NCBI RefSeq assembly: GCF_008831285.2 | Contig: NC_045138.2 | Span: 16,864,001-16,928,000 of the forward strand | From: Nymphaea colorata | Lineage: Eukaryota | Length of the DNA: 64,000 bases | Direction: 5' to 3' | Shown: in pieces, positions 14,201 to 26,487 of the stretch | How the letters are laid out: each line of letters starts with the position of its first letter | Position numbering within the stretch: the stretch's first letter is position 1 | The notes under the pieces: model-generated | The model's database searches: none | What the model was told of the DNA's origin: nothing | What the model saw: only the letters and a program-made list of their open reading frames with translations | Made by a program: the position numbers and the translations under genes

Positions 14201-17200
14201 AAAATGAAAGGAACGGGAGGGATGGAAAGAACAGGAAAAGGAAGGGAATGAGGAGCCAAATGAGAGGAAAGGAAAAAGACATAAAATATATGATTATAAA
14301 GCTTGTTTGAACGAAATGGAAATGCACATCCCTTTTCATTTTAAGAAGGGCAAATTAATCCAATAACCATGTAGAGTCATTCATATATTTCTTGATTGGA
14401 CTTGAAGCCAAACTTGGATCTGAGTGTGAAAAAAATCCAATTTTAACCATGTAAGACCATTCAAATCTTTCTTAATTTGTCTTGAAGCCAAACTTTGATT
14501 TCTATATGAAAGAGGCAAAATCATTTTTACCGTAATTATGCCTTAGTTGTTATAGTGAAAAAGAAACTAACATTACTATACAATCTACACCAAAATATTG
14601 GGACATCCTCAAGCCCAAACGATTAAAATGACAGTTCTCTGAGATATACATGAATTAGTAAAATACTTTTGCTTAAAATTGTCAATATTAAAATTTTTTC
14701 TATCTGCACAGGATACTGCATACTCCATGAGAACATTTTTAAATACCAGCTTTGCCCATCTACTTTTCTGTACTGAGAAAAAGGATGCTTCTTAGTAGGG
14801 CAAGGTTTGAACTAGTAGCAGAGCCACATGGAGGCTGGTGTGGGCAGTTCACAAAGTTTGATTAGGTTTTACATTAAATGCTTTGATATGTTTGATTGTT
14901 TATATGTATAGTTTCCCTAAAAGTATTAAAGTTATTGAATTTAACGTCCCTTCAGCCAAAATTTTTAGCTCTGCTAGTGCCTTGAACATTTAATCTCGTG
15001 CATATTTGATCTTCTCTAGCTCAGAAATGACTTTCACCAAAAATTATCATGTGCATAATATACTTCCAATTAACTTAACGTAAACACCAAAAGTTTAAAA
15101 GTTTTAAAATTTCTCATATCAAGAAAGTCCTGCGCCTAGGCATAAAAAATCTTGATCCGCAATTTTTTTCTTTCTATCCTGGGAAACTCATTTGCATGGT
15201 AAGTACCCACATATACCAAATGAAAAACGAGTACTACCGTCAGATATGAAGACTAACATGCATCTACATATTAGACCAAGAACGGATCAAAAGAAACTTT
15301 TCAATTTCAAAATGTCAATAGTACCATACAATTTTTAAGAAAATTACGTACAAATTGTTTAAATATGTAATATGAGTATTATTTGGAATCTAGGCAGGTT
15401 GTAATTTTTGTACTAATTGATCCAATTATGTCAAAGAAGAACTATTATAAAAAATCATTATAAAGGCATCTCTGGCGCTAAGGATTTCGGCAGAAACAGT
15501 CATTTCTGGCGCTCGACAAATGCAACAAATTTTCTTATCGGTGGCGCCATAACTGTGCCAGAATGAACCACAACTCTGGGCACTATACCTATGCCAACGA
15601 AAAGCACAGCTTCGGCTCTATGGCGGTTCGACCACTGGCGCTGCTTTGGGTGTTAGTTTAGCGTCAGAGCCGCAGCTTTTTGTTTTCATTGAGAATATAA
15701 TTGAATGGAGACTCTTAACTTTTTCAGAATTACTTAACCATTTAACTAGAGCCGTCTAATTCAACCCGATGAACGGTTAAAAGAAAAACAAGGAGAAAAA
15801 GTTGATGGGTTTTTCTCACCTTGTTTTTTTCTCAATCATCCATTTCCTTCAAATGAACAACATTTGTTAGATGGCTGGGTGACTTTGGATGTACATATAT
15901 ATATATATATATTCATTGTGTATCTTTTTATCTAATAGCTAGATTGGTAAGTTAACAGGTATCTTTTGTATTTTCAGCCTTACCCATGACATATAGCACC
16001 AAATACAAATTTCTTATGTATTACCTGCTCCTTATTTATTTTATTTCACAGCAAGCTTATGGTGAAGCAAACCATAATAGTTTATACGAACAAAATGCAA
16101 TATCCCGACAATTGAAGAACTCTTAGGTTTCTTTAACTTCGAAAGTTCTTGAATTGCAATCCCTTAGCTAGCCATGGGGAAACCTTTTATTCTCCTAGAG
16201 CAAGTTTATTTAATATTAAGTTCACTTAACTGATTTTGCTTATAATTGGCTTGAACCGAGTCGGTATACCCGATCCTATCAAATCCAGCTGTGGTCATTT
16301 TGGATCACTCACGCGAGTTCAGAACGTCAGTGAAAGCTTCCAGAGTACAACAAGGAGGACTTTGATGCCAGATGTGGGCATCAGTGACAGTGAACACTTA
16401 TTTCTTACGTTTGCTGCATATTTAGTAAAGTTCATGATATTTCACAATTCAAAAAATGACAAACTGAGGATCCCAGATGTCTCGGCAAACCCTGACTCGT
16501 AACCTAAGAAACATACAATCTTAGCTGACACATGCAACTTGCGACTCGGATTGGCGAGTTTGCCAACTATGCTTGTATGGCTGCAATATTAGGAATGCAT
16601 TTTAAAATTTTGACAAGAGGGACCACCCTTTCACTTCATTCTTCCTAATCTCTCCAATTCAAGGAAATTAAACACTTAAGCTGGAGGCATTTAAGAAGGT
16701 GTATAATGCATATTAAGTGCCACTAGAAGCGACAGGATGAAGACTTCAACATTGTTTGACCGAAGCCAGTCGAGGCCTAAGTCTTTGCCTGATTCATGAG
16801 CTGACTTGAGCCGCTTTCGATGTTAGTGGTCCTTGTGGGTCAGGTGAAAGTGAGCCAAGTCTGTTTGTGGTCATTGGGTCTGCCTCATTTAAGACTTGTG
16901 AGTTCCCCTCATACAGCTGTGATGGGCATATAAGCCATTTTATTAACAAAAGATCTTCACTGCCTTGACTTGGAGAAATGCCTCAATTTTAGGCCTCATT
17001 TGTTTCATCACTTGGGAAAGGAACCACCTCTAGTGGTTCGATTTGAACCAGTGGCTGCGATCCCTAGTTTGATTCTCATAGGTGTCAACTCTTTACTTAA
17101 GTCTAAATAGGCTTAGGCCTTAGATTCAGGGGTACTAGCTTTGAGGTTTTATATTGCATTAAAGTCTTTTGGCCGGGATGCAGTTTCTTTTGGACCTAAA

Positions 17201-18977
17201 TTAAAGGTGAGCAGGAGGCTAATCCCACTGCCTGAGTGAAAGCCTCTTTCAGACATTAATTACTCGCTAAACATATTTAAGCAAATTAAACAGTTATACT
17301 GCAGGCATTTTAAGGTCTTCTTAGCCTGAATGCAGTTTTCCTTGGACCTAAATCAAGGGCGATGAAGTACAGTTGTTGTGTTGTTGTAATGTTCTAAAAC
17401 TGTCTTTTGTATTTTCAGCCTTACCCACTTGACATAGGCCCAAATACAAGCTTCTTATGTATGACATGTTCGTTATTTATTTTATTTCATAGCGCTGGGA
17501 AGAAGCATACAGTATAGTTTATACGAACAAAGATGCATCCAGAGAATTGAACCCTTAGCTTCCTTTTAACTGTAAAAGTGTTCAAGTCAGCCCTTACCTT
17601 GGGGGCAAACATCTTATTCTCCTACAGCTATTTTTTTTATAAATACGTCACCACAGAAAAAAGGGGTTTTACTGCCTTGAGAAAAATGTCAATAATAGTG
17701 TGCAAACCACCATAGTTAGCAAACTTGTCGAGCTGACTCGGGAATCGCCCGAGGAGTCAGCTCAGATGGCCAACAAATTCAGCCATGAGTCAAGGTTGGC
17801 TCAGCTCGTCCCTGACTCGGCTTGACTGTCTGATTCAGTTGCAGTGATTTACATTATGGTTATTTGAATATTCAATCGAGTCGATGAATCAACTTGCTGA
17901 CCCTGTGATCCGGTCATCTACTGATCTGGGTCCGAGTCATGGGTTTGCCAACTATGCAAACCACCACTTTAAGAATAACTTATTGATGTTTTCAAGGAAA
18001 TGTCGATGAAGACCTTTAGCGATGTTTTTAGAAAAATGCCATTGAACACCTACAAAACGTAAGATCTTCACTTATGTTTTTATGTAAAAATCTCACTAAA
18101 AACCAGCAATAAGAGAAGGTAGTGATGTTCCGTTGGATACGATGACTGAACCTTCATTACGTTTTGAGTTGCACATTAGTAAAAGAAATCTCAGTCATTG
18201 AATGACTCACCACTATAGGTCTACAAAGGTGATTGTTTTCAGCGCTGTACCATTTTTCATGTATACAGACAAGTGGGAGGAACTTTGGAACGTTCCACGA
18301 TATCAAGCTAGGCCCCACCGTTAGCAACGTCAATGAAACATCAGTAATAATTGAACTTTATCGACATTGAAAATGGAACTTCTATAAAGATATATATTTA
18401 CTGACATGATATTTTCACACGTTAGTAAATACTTGTGGCCTTATAGTGTGTTAAGTTCTAAACCTCATTTTACAGATAATAGGACGACTTATAATTGGCT
18501 TGAATTTGAGATGAAGAACTGGCGAGATGCGTTATAGCGTTTGAAATAACGAAAGTGGTATGAAATAATAAAAGGAGATGACCAAACAACAACGGTATGA
18601 GATAACGAACTAGGTTGTATAGCATCAGAGATAACGACATAGGTATGAGATAACGAAATGAGACTTATAACATCTGAAATAACGACAAAAGTATGAGATA
18701 ATGAAACATGTCTTATAGTACCTGAGATAACGACGTGAGTAGGAGATAAGAAAACATATGTTATAATGTATGAGATAACGATAAGAGTATGTAATAACAA
18801 AACATGTTATATAGTGTCGGAGATAACAAAAGGGGTGTAAGGTAATGACAAAGGTCTGCGATAAATAAAAGGTGGAGACAAAAACAAACAGAGAAGTATA
18901 TTGGTCATAATGACATGTATATACAAACTTACACAATTATTCCCGCCTTACACAATTATTCCCGCCTTCGCATCAGG
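11226..18977 (+). repeat. Segmental tandem duplication, copy 2
   Basis: Direct repeat of 1-7696. Essentially identical to ~14850, then SNPs and indels accumulate. Confidence 0.97.
13268..13824 (-). CDS. Divergent PRE/ILI-family atypical HLH protein, second copy, 91 aa
   Basis: Exon1 13824-13699, exon2 13417-13268. Appears identical to the 2042-2598 gene (offset 11226). Confidence 0.8.
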
Positions 18978-21449
18978 TTCAACAGATCTTCAAACAAATG
19001 GGAGATAGAATCTCCCTTGCCAACAAAGAAAGATTCAAGAAGATCCTTCAAATGGCTTTTACTGCAGTTGATAGTGAACTTCATGCAATGTCTGAGCTAA
19101 CAAAGAAGAACATGTGATTCAGTTAACAATCCCAGTTGACTCTACAAACCCTGACTTGTGACCCAGCAAATACACTATCTTAGCTGACTTGGGCGACTTG
19201 GGACTCGGATTGGCGAGTTTGTTAACTATGCTTAGATGACTGCAACATTAGGGATCCCTTTTATAATTTGATAAAGGGACCATTTTTTTTCTTAATTCTT
19301 TGTAATCTCTCCAATTCAAGCAAATTAAACACTTAAACACTTAAACTTACTTCAATCAAACATTTCTGGCTCCACGACAGATTGTTGTATTGTGTTCCAA
19401 CGTGATCAAACATCATAGCTAGAAATTTCTCGCTAATGAAAACTAATATTTTAAATTTTAAATTTGAAGGGCAATCATATATATATTATTAAAAAATAAT
19501 CGAACATTTATATGGAAATAAGAGAATTTGTATCGACTTGTGTGGGTTGCCCACATCAAGCCACACGTGCCTCCCCCATTGATTCCAGCAAATAAAAAAG
19601 ACATGGTTGCCTTCTTGGAAGGCAGGCTATCATGGATGCTTACCAACCACAGCTAATGTATTCAATTCCACTTGCCCCATCTTTAGGGTAAATTTCAATG
19701 CAAATGGCCCACATGGATTGTGTTGCGACCACTTAGGGTTAATGGGTTAGACCTTTTTAATATGAAAATGACGGTAACAGTCAACAAGAGAGCTTTTTGG
19801 AGAACAAATTAAAACAACCATCTATCTTCAATCAAGAATTCATTTTGACTCAAAATTCTCATGAATGCCAAAATAAGCGGAGACCACTCACATGCAAGTT
19901 GAAGCATGGCAGAGGCCGCACCTCAAAGCATCGAAAGTCGGTCATTTACTTTAAAAAAAAAAAGGGTTGAGAGAAAGTTTTGGCTTCTGATATACATCTA
20001 TGTGCGGCTTGCCGATGGCAGACATCACTTTTTGCAGTGAGAGATATCAGCATAAGCCTGCATGTGTACCACATTAATAAGATCACCCAGTGGCCAGAAA
20101 ACCTTTTCTGACGTAACACTTTATAAGTCATCGGCGAATTTTCGTGTGGACTAGTCATAAGCAAGTCACATAATCATTAAGTTCACTATAATGAATATTA
20201 TATTAATGGCATACATATGTGTAAAAACTTAAGTTTATTTCTCCAAGATAAATTAAACTGGAGGATGAAAAAGATGTGATGATAAATGGAAAGCAGGAAG
20301 AGGCATGCCAAAGTCTCTCCACGAAACCAAAACATTTTGAGCGAAGGAGATGGACGAACTCCCATGATAAGAAACACAAGCTGGGCCTTATCATTTTTTC
20401 TATCAGTACGTTGGAATGCTTTCACAAATCGACAAACTTGAAATGTAATCGATTTTCAAGAGAGTTGGCACAATAAACTTGGTGACTTATGGTAGACACG
20501 GTTGATCTCCTATAATGTCAATTCTCTAGATTTTTAAGAGGATACTGATATGCAAGTTCAAGCATAACAAAACTATTTTCTAAGCATTGCACTCAAAGAA
20601 AGCAGACTTGATAAATCTTTTTTTCACAAATAACTAAATAACAATTTCATACTTTTTAAGAAAGTCTGATTTTCACATTGAATTTTATAAACTCTTTTGA
20701 CCGGCAATTTCTACTATGTAGGCAGTCATCTATTATTAGTTTATATTTTTTTTCTTAGTTTTCCTTTCTACTATTGGTCTAATTGTTAAACATTTAGATG
20801 TTAAATGAATTAAGAACAATTTCAGCATTGATATTTTCTAAATAAACCATTAAGAGAAAAACAAGAAAAAAAAAGTATAATGAAATATTGTTGTCATCTA
20901 ATATTAGTTCATATTTTTATATATATTGAATATTCTAACCACATTGGTACTGTCAGTTTTAGAAACACCAAGTGGAAACCACCACAGATTCTCTTTCTTG
21001 TGCGAGACGTACTTCATTCAATCACTACCAAAAATTAACAGCCGAAATGGACTTTCAAGCTTTCCTTCCGAATCATTCGCTTGTCATCCTTTGTATCCTC
21101 CCAACTTTGTTGACTTGTTTTCTGGAAGTCATTTTCATCTTCGTCAATCATAAACAGCATTATCTTGGACAGAAAACACACAAAAAAATCACATCAACAG
21201 AACTCTGTCATCTTCTTCATGCGCCTGAGGCGCCATGCACTTTCCTTCAACAATTAGAGAAAAACGAGAGCTCTTTCACTAATTTTGAGCAAAATTTTGC
21301 CTTCTGTTACAAAATTTTTGAGCTTACAGTCTGAGAATTTATTTCTTTGCACTTGGTATCAATTTGATAATTCTTTACAAAAGAATAAATATTGGAAAAA
21401 ATGGCAACAAATAAAGTTAACCTGAAAAAAAAAAAAAAAGATCTGCTCT

Positions 21450-21815
21450 CTATGATCTTGGGTGTTCACGATCTTCATGTGAACCAGTATCATTGTCAGC
21501 ACTTGCGGTCCCGAACTTGATCATCTCCGACGGGTAGGCCGGCTGGGCAGCAGGGCGGTGGCGCAGGCCGCCGGCGAAGTGCCTCTCTTGGAGCGCGCAA
21601 GGGCGGCTGCCGCCACCGGGAACGGTGGTGGTGCAAGAAGGACCGGAACCAGTGTCGGAGCCCTTGGGGAGGGATTCTAAGAGCAACCCACTTCTTTTCT
21701 CCATCATTTCATCGAGTGGCCTGCTTCCTTCGAGAGGCTGAATGCAGAATGTGCAGAAGAGAACACCCACCACGGCCATGGCTGCTGCTAATCTTCTTCT
21801 TTGTGAAGGCCCCAT
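21450..21815 (-). CDS. Secreted peptide precursor, CTNIP/SCREW-like (SGPS + two-Cys motif), 121 aa
   Basis: ATG 21815. Hydrophobic signal peptide ending ..PLEG/SRPL, then LLLESLPKGSDTGSGPSCTTTVPGGGSRPCALQERHFAG. GC-rich single exon; TATATATA at 21967-21974. Family call from recalled motif (LPKG..SGPS.CT.IPG.GG..C...E.HFAG). Confidence 0.7.
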   Translation of the reverse strand: MGPSQRRRLAAAMAVVGVLFCTFCIQPLEGSRPLDEMMEKRSGLLLESLPKGSDTGSGPSCTTTVPGGGSRPCALQERHFAGGLRHRPAAQPAYPSEMIKFGTASADNDTGSHEDREHPRS

Positions 21816-22564
21816 TGCAACTCTAACAAAGTGAAGATAAGCGCCCCGGATTTTCTGAAATTGGTGGCGCCTGAAGAGGATCTGCGGTAGAGGAAGGATT
21901 GGATTCTGTCTTGGTAGAAAGATAAAACAGAAAACGAACGGTGCTTTTGCCGGCGATCTCTCCCGGTATATATAGGCGAGCCGACGACAGAGGACGGGCA
22001 AAAACTTTCAATTCGATGCGAAACTTTTTCTATAATTACAAATGAGGATTACGCTTTTTAGACTTTTCTAGTATGGGGCAGTTTGGGGTTTTGCAATTTT
22101 TATTATATGGACCCAAGTCCTTGTATGGATTTGGACTTTCTGGCTTTGATCGATTTGCATTGAAGGGCCGCAGGACCTTGGCTGCATTTTCAATTTCAAG
22201 TGGGTTTGGGCACATCGAGTCCACCCATGACTCACTTGATCCAACTCAAGACCCCGAAAACAAAGAGAATGAATCGTGCCTCCTTTTCACTTGAAAGCAG
22301 TTCATTCCCTTTTAAGTGTGTTTTATAAGGTCCATAAAGGCATGGGGGAATTTGTAAGGATGCTCTCATAAGAGTCCAAGATCTGAATTCTATTTCCCAA
22401 TAAAAGAAGACTCTATAGGTTTTGGATCAGACCCGATGTTTACCTAATCTTGAGCAAAATTTGAGATTTAAGGAAATCAAGAGCACGATATGGAATTATC
22501 GGGTAATAGATGAGTGAATTCAGGAAGTTCTTTTGCCTTGATTTAAAAAATCGGCGTGCGAGGT

Positions 22565-22638
22565 TTGACTGTGGACTTTTGTTTTGAATGGGACAGTGAA
22601 GAAACCGGGTCAAGAGGAGGCTTGACAGGAGCACGCGG
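22565..22638. promoter_or_regulatory. Candidate W-boxes and CGCG box upstream of the peptide gene
   Basis: TTGACT 22565-22570, GGTCAA 22608-22613, ACGCGG 22633-22638. Short motifs that could occur by chance. Confidence 0.3.
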
Positions 22639-23781
22639 CGTGCTTAGACCGGACCCGTCCCCGACCTTTGAAAATTCCACTGATGGAATGGTTGCTCCAA
22701 CTAACATGAAATTAATTCTTTAATGGATCACCACTTTTGGATCCATAAAACTCTTATTCCACGTGCTTGAATGCATTGCTACTCAAGCCTCTGTATCGGA
22801 TCCGGTATCTCCAATCAGGACAAAATCAAATTCGTGTTCAGCTATTTCGATAGATACTCTGTGTTTGGATCTAATAGATGATGACAATATATTCATATTC
22901 AGTCAAACTGTTCTGAAAAAAAAACGAACGAAAAGAAGATTTCTCGTCCAACTAAGAAATCGGATCAGATTTGGATTTTTAAAACGACATCTTATCTGAT
23001 CGAATTCAGATTTGGTTTCAGATAGGCATAAATATCCTATTGGACTTGGATTCAGATTCAGATTCATATCTAATACCCTTACATTTTGAAAATCGGTCGG
23101 TTTTTATTTAAAATTCAGGTTTGGATTCGGATGTGAATTTAAAAATTGTACTAGGATTGCAAAATCAAATTTTTATATTTGAATTTGGATATTACTTTAC
23201 CACGGATTTTAATCCGGTTCCATCACACAGTGGACAATAATTCAGACATTTTAATCCATGCCCATCATAAGTTAGACAAGAATCTTGTCTGCGGACAATT
23301 TTCTCTTGGTATTAAATCTATGGATTAAAATCTATGGAATTTTTATCCATGGACTTTTGTTTGTGGTAATTATATATACTTTCTCTTTCTATAAGGCAAG
23401 CACGCTTTTGGTGTTCAAATTATTTTACTGGATCCAACTAAACAGATTCAAAATTGAATAAGTAATCTGACATATCCGATAAGTTTACTTTCTTAGTCAA
23501 GAGTCAAGAAAAAAGAAGGAAGGAAATATCTGCTGCTACACAGAAGCTGGTTTTTTTCAATGATGATCAACTGCTCATAGATGGACCGTCGGCCGGAAAA
23601 ATTGAAGGCCCTCTGCCCGCAAGAGATACGGTAGTCCCCAACTTCCACAAGCGTTAATGGAGATACCGCAAGTTTCAAAGGAAGGACCTCCAAAATAGTC
23701 TTCTATTCAAAATGTCAAAAACTTGGACTATGAAGAAGTCAATTGGGCAGCCATGGCTGCTCCTCAAGAAACAATTGCTTA

Positions 23782-23784
<3 letters not shown>

Positions 23785-23866
<82 letters not shown>
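23785..23866. repeat. (CT)n(AT)n microsatellite; other long (AT)n tracts at ~34599-34636, ~37813-37896, ~54280-54323
   Basis: Dinucleotide runs seen directly. Confidence 0.95.
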
Positions 23867-23868
<2 letters not shown>

Positions 23869-24944
23869 TCCATCAAACATGTCTGCAGTGTATGCTTTTT
23901 CTTAAAGTTGCACTGTTTTTATGAAACCTGTGTTCACTTTCTATCGAGGAATCGTTTGAGTATTCCTAATCTTGGATTCATGCGTACGATGTAGAATTTT
24001 TTTGGGGTTGATGTGACTAAAAATACATAAAAAAATTAACGGTTGTCGAACTAAATTCCACAATTGAGATTTTTGATTTGTCTCGAGGGGTCTAGCATGA
24101 ATTGTCGAACGAAAAATGAGTAGATGGTACATCACCTATTCAAATCCCGTAGGTGTTACTCTTCTTACCCGCAAAGGGTTGATTGGGGAGAGAGGGGTGC
24201 ACTATTGAGTTGAAAGCGGCGGTTGCGAACATATCTCAAATCTCAAGACCCAGAAGAGAACTGGAGGAAGTGGCTTCAAGTTTCTTCCTAACAATCCTTT
24301 GTTAACCTCCTACCCACGTTAAGATCTTCTATTTAGTTTCTTACACTTGCATTGACAAAAAGAATTGATTTAAGATGGGAGGGAGATAAATTGCACAAAC
24401 CCTTGTCAGACATTGAGGTTGTTTCGGCGAGGTATCCGGGTGGATTGCCTCCTCTTTCAAGAGGGGATGGCTGAGCCGGTGCTGACGATTAACCTTTCGA
24501 GTAGCCATATGAAAAATTTAGGCATGGAGAAACTCAATAGTCTTTGAAGATTGTCCCATTTGCCGACAACAAAATATTGACATAATTAATCTTTCGATTG
24601 GCCATCAGATCAAAAAGAAAGGAGATTTTTTTTGGGTGAAAACAAACTTCCTTTTTTTGTTTAAATCTCTTTAAACTAAGTCTGGGCATTGGGCCGGGCT
24701 GCCGCCGGGTACCCGATACCGAGCCCAACTCGGCCCGGGAGCCTTGCAAATTTGATTTCGGGCCGTTAATTATCGGGCTCGGCCCGGCCGGGTAATTAAT
24801 GGGTCGGGCTCCGGCCAGCAGCTTTGATCGTCGGTGGTCCGAGAAGTCCGACATTATTATTTTTTTTTTTGAAAAATGAACTTAGGGTTTAATGACGTTG
24901 ATAATGAATTAATGATACTTCCTATTTCTCCCTGTTTCTGCCCG

Positions 24945-25190
24945 TCGAGACTGCCTCTTCGTCGACTCGCCCATCGGCTGCCTCTTCGTCGCCCATCGGT
25001 AGTGCCTCTTCGTTGTCGGCCTCTTCGTCGACTCGCCCATCGGTAGTGCCTCTTTGTTGCCAGCCTCTTCGTCGACTCGCCCATCGGCAGTGCCTCTTCG
25101 TTGCCGGCCTCTTCGTCGACTCGCCTATCGGCAGCCTCTTCATCGCCCATCGGCTGCCTCCTCCTGTCATCCCAGTCGGCCATCGCCCAT
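24945..25190 (+). repeat. GC-rich tandem repeat inside the hAT element
   Basis: Repeated GCCTCTTCGTCGACTCGCCCATCGG and variants, higher-order period ~60 bp. Explains the overlapping repetitive ORFs. Confidence 0.9.
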
Positions 25191-26285
25191 CTGCTGTCTC
25201 CCCATCCGTCCTCTTGCATGTGCGCCACTTTTTCCCTTTCTTCCTGTCCTCTCATTCCCCTGTTTCGCATCATTTTTTTCTTCCTTATACTTCGAGCATA
25301 CTGTGATTGTTGGGGGTCTTACACCGTTTCCAAGATGCTTCTCACATCCATTTGCATGTGCTTCACAATTATCTGCTGCTTCTCCCTTCCCTTACATGTT
25401 TCTGTGGAACGGACATGTGTTCATTATTTAAGCAAATGTCGACCCTCTCAAGGCTGCACCGTGTTCTTTCAACTTTTAGGATGCTAAGAAACAAGGTGTC
25501 CAACTCAATTATACTATCAAACACCCACTTAAAATGGCTGAGGGAGCAGCCTGATTCTCACAACACGTCCCTTGGTTTAAGCTTTTATATTGCATGCTTC
25601 TCTTATTATCTGATGCTTAATCTATTATTTGCATATGGGCATTGTTTGCCTCCGTAGGTTATGTCTCAACCTAGTCCCATTAAACTGAACCATTTCCATT
25701 ACTCGAATTAAGCAAACAATTCATCTAGGCTCATAAATGTCCAAGAAATCATATACCCAAGATTGCCCTAGGCTGCTCCAAGTGAACTCCTCTCCTTGCA
25801 GAGCCCACCATCTTCCTCATCTAGGCAAGGCTTCGTTCAAAGAAAGAAAATTTATTAGCTAAGGCAATAAAAACTGTAATTTCGTGATGGAGCTAACAAT
25901 GGAAAAGCATCGCAGCTATCATGCATTCACTTCAAACGTTTATTTGAAGTTATCAAATTGAAAGTGCCACAATTATTAAAAAATGCTGTTATCTATCTAA
26001 ATATGAGGTTTTGTTATAACTTTTTTTTTTTTGCAATCATTTTTTTAAACATAGTTTATATGTTTTGATGACAACTTAAAACAACATTTTCTGTGAAAAT
26101 TTTGAGGGGAAATTAGGGTATTCACTGGCTTTTGACAAAACCATTTTAGCAAAATTAGATTTTTCACAAACTTAATTTTGACTATCACGTAAACAGACCT
26201 CAAACAAGGTTTGAGAGGTAAATGGATGTTTTTGCCTCCACAACGCCATTTAAGGGTTTCAGCTAAACACAACGAAAACCTTTTT

Positions 26286-26487
26286 AAAAGACGTATATCA
26301 CTTTCTGCTGTTCAAAAGATATTGGCATATTGCTGAGTGAACTCAGTGACAATTACTTTGCAATTATAGTGCAAAATGAGTATGACTGTTTGATGGCCAG
26401 CACACGTAAAAGTGAAATTGTGTCAGTGCTAGCAGAAGCCACCAAGGACAGATCTATTTTAGAAATTGATATTTGCTTTTTCAACAG
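26286..26487 (+). pseudogene. Captured exon fragment of a plant myosin tail-homology-1 (TH1) domain gene
   Basis: KRRISLSAVQKI[8-nt insertion]LSELSDNYFAIIVQNEYDCLMASTRKSEIVSVLAEATKDRSILEIDICFFN, then AG|GTAAAG donor at 26488. Matches recalled plant TH1 motif LKRRI.L.AV.KI.LSELSDNFFAII.P.EYD.LMASTRKTEIV. Confidence 0.8.

Noticed and set aside
21816..22001. N-terminal extension of the 183-aa ORF
   Set aside because: Starts at a non-ATG codon and runs through the TATA box; the ATG at 21815 precedes a proper signal peptide.
23495..23780. Coding-like stretch before the (CT)n(AT)n repeat
   Set aside because: Interrupted by stops and not assignable to any family by eye.
24945..25190. Repeat-spacer-like pattern suggestive of a CRISPR array
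   Set aside because: Intervening segments are themselves repeats, there are no cas genes, and the context is eukaryotic with introns.
24857..25657. Several overlapping 80-140 aa ORFs with repeated peptides
   Set aside because: Produced by the GC-rich tandem repeat inside the hAT element.
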